Below, piece after piece: positions 25,545 through 32,436 of a DNA stretch of 32,436 nt. Numbering within the stretch: position 1 is the stretch's first letter; the number at the start of each line of letters is the position of its first letter. Made by a program: the position numbers and the translations under genes. Below the pieces are notes generated by a model, which had not been told where the DNA came from, made no database searches, and saw only the letters and a program-made list of their open reading frames with translations. Location of the stretch: the IMG/VR virus record IMGVR_UViG_3300006867_000035, positions 1-32,436 of that record; one strand, given 5' to 3'. The stretch comes from a virus. Taxonomy: Duplodnaviria > Caudoviricetes.

Positions 25545-26116
25545 GTGTCACAAATTTCGTTTGCGAGCCATGCTCTAGAGGTGAAATCGCTAAATTCATC
25601 GAAGCTAACCATTACTCGAAATCGATAAACGGCTGTATCAGTGACTACTGTTTCAGACTGATGGATGAAGAAAAAATGATCGGTGCGGCGTTTTTTGGGC
25701 GAATGGCAATGGCTAATCAATGGAAGCCGTACGCAGACGCTGAACACAAGGTTACAGAGCTTAGAAGGCTCTGCTGTGTAGATGACACGCCAAAAAACAC
25801 AGAGTCATTCTTCATTGGGAAAATGCTCAGGTGGTTAAAGGCCAACACTGAGTTGGAGGTTGTCGTCAGCTATTCCGACTTGGAGTATGGGCATGAAGGT
25901 GTCATATACAAGGCATCCAATTTCAAATTTGCAGGGTTCAAGAAGGGTGCGAAGGTAATCTGGTACCAGGGTAGGAAGTATCATGACAAGACAATCAGGA
26001 CAAAATACAAAGGTGAGTTGAAGCCGTTCGCAAAGAGAATCAAGGACGCTCTTGATTGCGGTGATGCTTATTACGCGACAACAAAAGGCAAGAATGCCTA
26101 TGTGTATAAATTGTGA
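25541..26116 (+). CDS. Mom-family (GNAT-fold) DNA adenine modification protein
   Basis: GTG start; 'FIE.NHYS', 'ELRRLC..DDTPKNTES.FI...LRWLK', 'VVSYSD...GH.G.IYKASNF.F.G'. Confidence 0.78.
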   Translation: MSVTNFVCEPCSRGEIAKFIEANHYSKSINGCISDYCFRLMDEEKMIGAAFFGRMAMANQWKPYADAEHKVTELRRLCCVDDTPKNTESFFIGKMLRWLKANTELEVVVSYSDLEYGHEGVIYKASNFKFAGFKKGAKVIWYQGRKYHDKTIRTKYKGELKPFAKRIKDALDCGDAYYATTKGKNAYVYKL

Positions 26117-26126
26117 GGTTTGGTGC

Positions 26127-26363
26127 GTGAGTACAATTTGGAGAGCAATCCACAGGAAATATGGTTGGGTAGTGCATTTCGCAAACCACAGAGATCTGAA
26201 CGCATTCCTGTTTGATGTTGGCGCGTCCAGTTACGAGGTAGAAAGTCTCGAATACTCAAAGAAGCAAGACATCATCAAGATGTTAAACGACAGTGCCACG
26301 CAAGGGTGGATGAACGGCAGGAATCCAAACAGGAAAATAAAAGATAAGGAGGAAGACACATGA
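26127..26363 (+). CDS. Hypothetical protein
   Basis: Likely GTG 26127 after GAGGT (MSTIWRAIH...). Confidence 0.65.
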   Translation: MSTIWRAIHRKYGWVVHFANHRDLNAFLFDVGASSYEVESLEYSKKQDIIKMLNDSATQGWMNGRNPNRKIKDKEEDT

Positions 26364-26578
26364 ACACCATATGGATGGTAGAAGATCACCTCAAAAAAAA
26401 CACAATCTACCTTGAGAAGAAGCCACACGTTCGCAGATACATGTTGGAGAACAAGCACCATGATCAGATCGAGGTGACAGAGATCCAATGGAACTACAAG
26501 GGCGAGCTAATCAACATAATTAACAGCGCATACTCTCGTGGCGCAGTGGATGGAATCAGGCTAGGTAGTGGTTCATGA
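26360..26578 (+). CDS. Hypothetical protein
   Basis: 72 aa; SD GGAGG; ATGA overlap. Confidence 0.7.
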   Translation: MNTIWMVEDHLKKNTIYLEKKPHVRRYMLENKHHDQIEVTEIQWNYKGELINIINSAYSRGAVDGIRLGSGS

Positions 26579-26579
26579 G

Positions 26580-26608
26580 TGGTCAATCTCTGCCCACTGG
26601 TGTATAAA
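26580..26608 (+). promoter_or_regulatory. Candidate promoter for packaging genes
   Basis: TGGTCA-17 nt-TATAAA in the intergenic space before terS. Confidence 0.4.
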
Positions 26609-26644
26609 GCGCCTATACACACTTTGGACGCTATAGGCACAGAG

Positions 26645-27025
26645 ATGGCAGGTGGAAGACCAACCAAGTACAACGCGACAATCCAGAAGAAGGCAGACGA
26701 GTACATCAAGAATCTGCCAGATGATGAAGTCATCCATACCGTAGAAGGACTAGCCGATCACATCAATGTGGCTCGGTCTACAGTCTACAAATGGCGTGAT
26801 GAGATTGAACAGTTTTCGGACACATTAGAGACAATTCTTAGGAAGCAAGCGAAGACTTTGATCAATCGAGGTCTTACAGGTGAGTTCAACGCACCGATGA
26901 CCAAGATGCTAATGAACGTCAATCACGGCTACAGAGAGCGCACTGAGCTAGACAATCTGTCGAGCGATGGATCAATGTCACCACAGAAGATCGAGCGCGT
27001 GATCATCGAGGCTACTCAATCTTGA
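26645..27025 (+). CDS. terS: Terminase small subunit
   Basis: Start reassigned to ATG 26645: 'MAGGRPTKYN', HTH 'TVEGLA.HINV.RSTVY.W', 'GL.GEFN...K..L.N.HGY'; overlaps terL. Confidence 0.85.
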   Translation: MAGGRPTKYNATIQKKADEYIKNLPDDEVIHTVEGLADHINVARSTVYKWRDEIEQFSDTLETILRKQAKTLINRGLTGEFNAPMTKMLMNVNHGYRERTELDNLSSDGSMSPQKIERVIIEATQS

Positions 27026-28317
27026 GCGGAACACTCCAGTTCAAGACAGCATCAGTATTCAGACCGCTGTTAGAACCTGCCCGATACAAAGGAGCATGGG
27101 GAGGCCGAGGTAGCGGCAAGTCACACTTCTTTGCCGAGCTACTGATCGAGGACGCTATCAGGATACCTGGTATGCGAGCGGCATGTATCCGAGAGGTACA
27201 GAAGTCTCTCAAGCAGTCATCCAAGCGATTGATCGAGGACAAACTCCAGGCGTACAACTTAGGTGAGAAGGCAGGCTTTAAGGTCTACCGAGAGGTCATC
27301 GAGACACCCAATGATGGCGTGATCATCTTCACTGGTATGCAGGACCACACTGCTGACTCTATTAAGTCGCTGGAAGGTTTTGACCGAGCATGGATCGAGG
27401 AGGCTCAGTCATTGAGCCATAGATCGCTTGAGTTACTGACACCAACCATGCGTAAGGAAGGTTCGGAGATCTGGGCATCCTGGAACCCCAACCGGCCAAC
27501 AGATGCGATTGATCAGCTACTGCGCTCGGACAACACTCCAACAGGTGCTGTCGTAGTCAACGCAAACTGGAAGCACAACCCGTGGATCAGTAAGGTACTG
27601 ATACAGGAGAAGGATGACTGTCTACGCATCACTCCTGATCGGTATCCACATGTATGGGAGGGAGAGTATGCAACTGTCTTGGAAGGCGCGTATTACGCTC
27701 GACACCTATCGGAAGCGGCACTTGAGGGTAGAATCGGATTCTTTGGAAAAGATCCTCTTGTCAAACTACATGCCGTGTGGGACATCGGCGGAACCTCCAA
27801 AAAGTCGGATGCGACTGCTATCTGGATTGTTCAGTACATTGGTGAAGAGATTCGGCTCATTGATTACTACGAGGCTGTCGGCCAACCGTTTGAGTCGCAT
27901 GTGAATTGGCTCAGATCGAAAGGCTACGAGGATGCTCTTTGTATCCTGCCGCACGATGGCAGGAAGCACGATATGGTCTACAAGGTCACTCCGGAGGGAT
28001 TCTTAAATGACGCAGGGTTCACTGTTGAGTCTATCCCTAACCAGGGAGCAGGCGCTGTACTGTCCCGTATCGAGGCGGCCAGGCGTATGTTCCCGTCCTG
28101 CCGATTCCACGATGAAAACACCAAGGGCGGCAGAGAAGCTCTCGGTTGGTATCACGAGAAGCGTGACGAGGCTAGAGGGCTTGGACTTGGACCAGAGCAT
28201 GACTGGGCATCACATGGTGCAGATGCATTCGGCCTTGTTGCAATCTACAGACAAGGCATCGGCCAGACAGATACTTGGGATACGCCGATTCGTAGAAATC
28301 TCGCAGGTGTAGCATAA
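27022..28317 (+). CDS. terL: Terminase large subunit (PBSX-like)
   Basis: TTG start; Walker A 'GGRGSGKS', Walker B 'WIEEAQ', 'SWNP', nuclease 'WDIG', 'LPHD', 'HDWASHGADAF'. Confidence 0.95.
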   Translation: MSGTLQFKTASVFRPLLEPARYKGAWGGRGSGKSHFFAELLIEDAIRIPGMRAACIREVQKSLKQSSKRLIEDKLQAYNLGEKAGFKVYREVIETPNDGVIIFTGMQDHTADSIKSLEGFDRAWIEEAQSLSHRSLELLTPTMRKEGSEIWASWNPNRPTDAIDQLLRSDNTPTGAVVVNANWKHNPWISKVLIQEKDDCLRITPDRYPHVWEGEYATVLEGAYYARHLSEAALEGRIGFFGKDPLVKLHAVWDIGGTSKKSDATAIWIVQYIGEEIRLIDYYEAVGQPFESHVNWLRSKGYEDALCILPHDGRKHDMVYKVTPEGFLNDAGFTVESIPNQGAGAVLSRIEAARRMFPSCRFHDENTKGGREALGWYHEKRDEARGLGLGPEHDWASHGADAFGLVAIYRQGIGQTDTWDTPIRRNLAGVA

Positions 28318-28328
28318 CCACTCAATAG

Positions 28329-28337
28329 TGGTAAAAT
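28329..28337 (+). promoter_or_regulatory. Candidate extended -10 promoter
   Basis: TGgTAAAAT in the 51-nt gap after terL; weak -35. Confidence 0.45.
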
Positions 28338-28368
28338 GTCCAAGTGATCACATACTTAGGACGGCCAC

Positions 28369-29658
28369 ATGGCAAAGAACAGCATCCTCGGTTTCGTTGA
28401 AGCTATCGGCAGAAAGTTAGCAGATGAGTATCCGAAACCAGCGCCTCCGGTAAAGCAAGTCGATAAGAAGACTGGCAAAGCATTTATGGCGAAAGGCCAG
28501 AATGAGTTGACCAAAGAGATCATGGGAGCCAGAGCTAAGATCGATAAAGACATCAAGGCTGGCAACTACGATCCATACTTCCCGCTTGAAGAAAGATTCT
28601 ATGCCGATCCGACAAAGTATGAGTTCACCGGCAACACCCTGACAGACACGCTTCCAAAGACACAGAAAACCATCGATGCCAAGATCGCTCAGTTCGATAC
28701 TCCACAAGCAAGAGAATCGTTGATCAGAGCATATGAAAAGTCTGCTGATGATCCATTAGCAAGAGACTGGTATGCAATGGGTCAGATGGAAAAGATGTTC
28801 ATTGAAGAATTAGGCGAGAAGGAAGGCAGAAAGGCTTTCAAGGAATTATTCGCTGATGCAATGGCCGCAACTACAGGTGGTGCAGATCCTGGGTCTAATT
28901 TACTTATGGCTCAATACGGCAACTACCTGCGACAGAAAGGTCTTGATGTGCCTGATGCCGCGTATAAGATGCCAGTCCCAATCGGTGGACGCTTTGTAAC
29001 CGGCAACATGGCGATGTATGACAAGGTACTGAAGCAGGGTAATCCACTCACTACGGCTGGACAACCGAAACGCCATAACTTCTCTGCAAACTTCCAGGGT
29101 GATCGCTCACGGGCAACCATCGATGAACAGATGACTTCAGGAATGACCGGTGGAAAGTTTAATGCTCCGCCACAGGGTGCGTATGGAATCCTAGAAAACA
29201 TCGTTGCAGATGAGGCGGCAAAGCGCGGACTACAATCTGCGAATATGCAAGATGTTGCGTGGGCAGGTTACAAAGGCATCGAAGGCAAGCCGATGATTCA
29301 GTTTGTCAACGAGGCTATTGAAAGAACAGCAAGATTAACTGGACGCACCCCAGATGAGGTTGCACGAGGTATCCCAAGAGGAATGCCATTGTACGATGCA
29401 GGCGGAGGATTGATCGCGGCAGGTACGATCTACAAGATGCTATCTAGTGCGGCATCTGATAACGCATCACCAATTCCTGGTGGAATGAGTATGCCGAGCG
29501 CACAGGCTGTTAGTGAGGGTGTTAGATCATCACAAAAGCAAGGTGGCGCAGAAACAGCAAACGCGATTTTAGGTGAACTTCTCGGCTTCATGGCTCCAAC
29601 ATCTGCTGGCGGCGGTGTAGACACAATGGAAGGTTACCTGCGGAGCAAGACACGTTAA
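28369..29658 (+). CDS. Putative virion-associated protein with helical DNA-glycosylase-like domain
   Basis: 429 aa; 'DWY...AATT...N...A...K.HNF.AN..GD....TID..M...Y..LE......A......A.MQ...W' pattern recalls the helical glycosylase-like domain of phage polyvalent proteins; ORF certain, function tentative. Confidence 0.45.
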   Translation: MAKNSILGFVEAIGRKLADEYPKPAPPVKQVDKKTGKAFMAKGQNELTKEIMGARAKIDKDIKAGNYDPYFPLEERFYADPTKYEFTGNTLTDTLPKTQKTIDAKIAQFDTPQARESLIRAYEKSADDPLARDWYAMGQMEKMFIEELGEKEGRKAFKELFADAMAATTGGADPGSNLLMAQYGNYLRQKGLDVPDAAYKMPVPIGGRFVTGNMAMYDKVLKQGNPLTTAGQPKRHNFSANFQGDRSRATIDEQMTSGMTGGKFNAPPQGAYGILENIVADEAAKRGLQSANMQDVAWAGYKGIEGKPMIQFVNEAIERTARLTGRTPDEVARGIPRGMPLYDAGGGLIAAGTIYKMLSSAASDNASPIPGGMSMPSAQAVSEGVRSSQKQGGAETANAILGELLGFMAPTSAGGGVDTMEGYLRSKTR

Positions 29659-30431
29659 TGGCTAGCACTATCCTCAAAATCATTGATCGCCTGATCAAAG
29701 CAGGATACCCAGAAGATACGGCTAAGAAGATCGCTACTGGCGAGTTGCCTATGGATGAGGCTAGCCGTTTAGCAAGGGCAGGAGAGCAGGCAACAGACAC
29801 AGGCCGTGAGTTGTTCCATTGGACTAACCGTGACTTCAATGAGTTTCAGCCTAGCACTAGTGGTAAGTTTGGGCAGGGCGTTTACTTATCACCGAGGCCA
29901 TATTACGGCGAAAAATATGTAGAGCGCGGCGATCCAAGACGCATGAGTGTTTTTGGCCCGAGCAACATAGCCAAGCGCGAAGACATCAACAATGTTGAGA
30001 AAAGCGTCATTGCGGAGATGAAGGCTCAAGGCGTACCTCCGATGGCGATTGGTGATACGTTCTGGAATATGGTGCAGAGCAAACTCAAAGAAAAAGGTTT
30101 TGACGCGCTAGAGTTCGGTGATGAGGTAGTAGTCTTTGACCCTGCGCGAGTCAAAGATGTTAGGGCCGCATTCGATCCAGACAATATCGGCAAGCCAAAC
30201 ATCTTGGGCGGAGCGGCTCCAGTAGCGGCAGGCGGCCTACTTGCGGCATTAGGCTTACCAGAAGACGCTACAGCGGCAGATATCGCTACAGCAGGCATGA
30301 CCATAGGCGACAAGGAAGAGGCTCGCGCAGAGGTCCAGCAGATGATCTTAGACGCACTCCTTGGATTTATGGCTCCAACACCATTAGGTGATGCTACAAT
30401 GGACGCATACAACCAGCGGAAGAACCAGTAA
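29658..30431 (+). CDS. ADP-ribosyltransferase domain protein (ART-PolyVal-like)
   Basis: 257 aa; 'LPMDEASR.ARA', 'FHWT..DF.EF', 'G.GVYLS....Y...Y', 'GFDA', 'EVVVFDP..VK...AAFDP'. Confidence 0.7.
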   Translation: MASTILKIIDRLIKAGYPEDTAKKIATGELPMDEASRLARAGEQATDTGRELFHWTNRDFNEFQPSTSGKFGQGVYLSPRPYYGEKYVERGDPRRMSVFGPSNIAKREDINNVEKSVIAEMKAQGVPPMAIGDTFWNMVQSKLKEKGFDALEFGDEVVVFDPARVKDVRAAFDPDNIGKPNILGGAAPVAAGGLLAALGLPEDATAADIATAGMTIGDKEEARAEVQQMILDALLGFMAPTPLGDATMDAYNQRKNQ

Positions 30432-31060
30432 TGGCAATATCGACTTACAGCGAGTTGAAGACCTCAATCGCTAACTTCCTGAACCGCTCCGATCTCGACT
30501 CGGTGATCCCTGATTTCATCTCACTGGCAGAGGCTCAGATCAATCGAGACATCCGCCACTGGGAGATGGAAGAGCGAGCATCAGGACAGCAAGATCCAGG
30601 CGATCAGTATATGCAGGTTCCTGCTGACTGGCTCGAAACGATCCGGCTTCACTTAACAGGCTCAGGTACGTCAACACTTGAACTGGCTAGTCTCTCTGCC
30701 ATTGCAGACAAGCGCCAGGATAATGACGACATCACCGGCAAGCCACGATTCTACGCACATGTACGAGGTGAGTTTGAGTTGTATCCGACACCGGATGACA
30801 CCTATGACTTTGAACTTCTGTACTACAAAAAGATTCCTGCACTGTCAGATAGCACCACAACCAACTGGCTGTTGGACTACGCTCCTGACGTATACCTTTA
30901 TGGCAGTTTGATACATTCTGCGCCATACTTGCAGGAAGACGAGAGGTTACAGTTATGGTCACAGTTATATGCGGCGGCTGTAGTCAACCTTAATACTCAA
31001 TCTGAGCGCGTGAAAAACTCAGGAACGGGCATCAGGCTTAACATCAGAGGACTTGGATAA
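30431..31060 (+). CDS. Head-tail adaptor protein
   Basis: 209 aa; 'TYSELKTSIA.FLNRSDL...IPDFI.LAEA', 'LYPTPD..Y', 'TNWLL..APDVYLYGSL'. Confidence 0.8.
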   Translation: MAISTYSELKTSIANFLNRSDLDSVIPDFISLAEAQINRDIRHWEMEERASGQQDPGDQYMQVPADWLETIRLHLTGSGTSTLELASLSAIADKRQDNDDITGKPRFYAHVRGEFELYPTPDDTYDFELLYYKKIPALSDSTTTNWLLDYAPDVYLYGSLIHSAPYLQEDERLQLWSQLYAAAVVNLNTQSERVKNSGTGIRLNIRGLG

Positions 31061-31446
31061 TGTCATTCTCTAACCACTTAGAAACCGAGATTCTGGACCA
31101 TGTGTTTGGTGGCAACGCCTACACCGCTCCTGGAACTCTTTATCTCGCACTGTTCACATCGAACCCAGACGAGGACGCATCAGGTACTGAGGTATCGACT
31201 TCAGGCACTGCGTATGCTCGCCAGACAGTAACATTCACTGTATCGGGTAACACAGCGACAACAGACGCGGCGGTTGAATACTCAACAGCGACAGCGAACT
31301 TTGGCACTGTGACTCATGTTGGTGTGATGGACGCATCAACAGCTGGTAACTTGCTTGCTTATGCGGCGCTGACTAGCTCAAAGACAATTGAGACTGGCGA
31401 TGTGTTCCGCGTACCTGCTGGTGACCTCGACATCACGCTGGACTAA
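31060..31446 (+). CDS. Small tail/structural protein
   Basis: 128 aa; 'SFSN.LE..ILDH', 'LYLAL.T..P', 'YARQ', 'GTVTH.G..DA.T.GNLL'. Confidence 0.7.
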   Translation: MSFSNHLETEILDHVFGGNAYTAPGTLYLALFTSNPDEDASGTEVSTSGTAYARQTVTFTVSGNTATTDAAVEYSTATANFGTVTHVGVMDASTAGNLLAYAALTSSKTIETGDVFRVPAGDLDITLD

Positions 31447-31450
31447 TTAG

Positions 31451-32119
31451 ATGCCTAGTAACCGGATCGGTTATGGCTACGGCACATACAGTGATGCTGA
31501 TTACGGCACTGAAGGTGTAATTCAGACCGGGTCAGCGTCAATATCTGCGTCATGTACCGTTGTTGCGAATGGTGGGATTCGGAAGGATGCATCAGCGTCT
31601 GATTCAGTCGCAACATCCGCGATCACTGCATCTGCTACACGCATTAGGGAGTCTGATGCATTAGTTAGCTCCACAGCGGTCACTACCTCATTGGGTGAGG
31701 AGTTTATCCTCAAAATTATCAGTGAGTACGACTATGGTGATGGTGCTTACGGCTATGCATCGTATGGCCAGGGTCCACTCGATACTGTATCAACTGGATC
31801 TGCATCAAGCACAGGCGCGGCGACTCGTGTCAGGATAGCTTCTGCTACATCGACTGCGAGCGCATCGACTGCATCATCAGGACTCATGGTTTTCGATGGA
31901 GTAGCTCAGGCCGATGCAAGCACTACAACAGCGGCAGATTCAGTAGTTACTGCTGGCGGTAGCGCGACTGTAAGTGCTGTCGCACAACTAACGTGTCCAG
32001 GGGCGGCTACGTTCGCATCATCTGGATTGGTATCTTCCACAAGCTCGATATCGTCACTGGCGAGAGAGAAATGGGAGAAAATTGCTGTAAACCAAGATAC
32101 TTGGGTTAAAATAGCGTAA
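31451..32119 (+). CDS. Ser/Thr/Ala-rich tail structural protein
   Basis: 222 aa; low-complexity beta-repeat-like body with YG.G.Y motifs. Confidence 0.65.
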   Translation: MPSNRIGYGYGTYSDADYGTEGVIQTGSASISASCTVVANGGIRKDASASDSVATSAITASATRIRESDALVSSTAVTTSLGEEFILKIISEYDYGDGAYGYASYGQGPLDTVSTGSASSTGAATRVRIASATSTASASTASSGLMVFDGVAQADASTTTAADSVVTAGGSATVSAVAQLTCPGAATFASSGLVSSTSSISSLAREKWEKIAVNQDTWVKIA

Positions 32120-32149
32120 ACATTACTCATTAGGATGAAGGTGGCTTAA

Positions 32150-32436
32150 ATGGCTGATACTACAACCACTACTTATGGACTGACTAAACCAGAGGTTGGG
32201 GCTAGTACCGACACCTGGGGAACTAAGATCAACAACAACTTGGATTCGTTGGACGATCTTCTGGATGGAACAACTGCGATTTCTCCGAACTTAACCGAAG
32301 GCTCTTGGGAGATTGGCGGAACTGCTGTTACATCAACAGCGGCAGAACTGAACAAGCTAGATGGGTTTGGTGATATCGGGTTCCGCGAGATTCCTGCTGT
32401 CGGAACTAAGACATCTTCTTACACATTGGCAACAGG
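32150..32436 (+). CDS. Tail fibre protein, N-terminal part (runs off window)
   Basis: SD AAGGTGG; [35 protein letters not shown]...[12 protein letters not shown]; no stop before the window end. Confidence 0.8.
   Translation, partial: MADTTTTTYGLTKPEVGASTDTWGTKINNNLDSLDDLLDGTTAISPNLTEGSWEIGGTAVTSTAAELNKLDGFGDIGFREIPAVGTKTSSYTLAT

Noticed and set aside
172-32355. All minus-strand ORFs in the track (e.g. 10869-11339, 15768-16283, 23623-24078)
   Set aside because: They lie opposite well-supported + strand genes, lack SD and family motifs, and read as antisense shadows.
1-32436. Stop-codon reassignment or diversity-generating retroelement
   Set aside because: Genes are intact and tightly coupled under the standard code with all three stops used; no reverse transcriptase or template/variable repeat pair seen.

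Overview
Near-complete genome of a small dsDNA tailed phage with podovirus-type morphogenesis genes, resembling uncultured marine proteobacterial phages (host not determinable). Every credible protein gene is on the + strand. Order: tail nozzle and ejection proteins (1-8646); portal, scaffold and major capsid (8643-13008); small membrane/basic proteins, holin and GH108 endolysin (13061-16253); lambdoid recombination/early region with Sak, YqaJ exonuclease, SSB, HTH proteins, NinB and NinG (16315-21619); a ~420-nt structured non-coding region; SF2 helicase, primase Zn-finger and Mom-like DNA modifier (22038-26578); TerS/TerL; two enzymatic 'cargo' genes; adaptor and tail-fibre genes running off the end. 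No integrase, DNA polymerase, replication initiator, tRNA or CRISPR array was recognised. Most notable: (1) a convergent sense/antisense promoter pair bracketing a switchable RNA upstream of the helicase, reminiscent of plasmid antisense replication control; (2) two unrelated enzymes next to terL sharing a C-terminal tag; (3) apparent total absence of GCWGC; (4) repeated operator-bearing promoter cassettes; (5) a small antisense RNA with an anti-SD seed. All product calls come from motif recognition by eye, not database searches.
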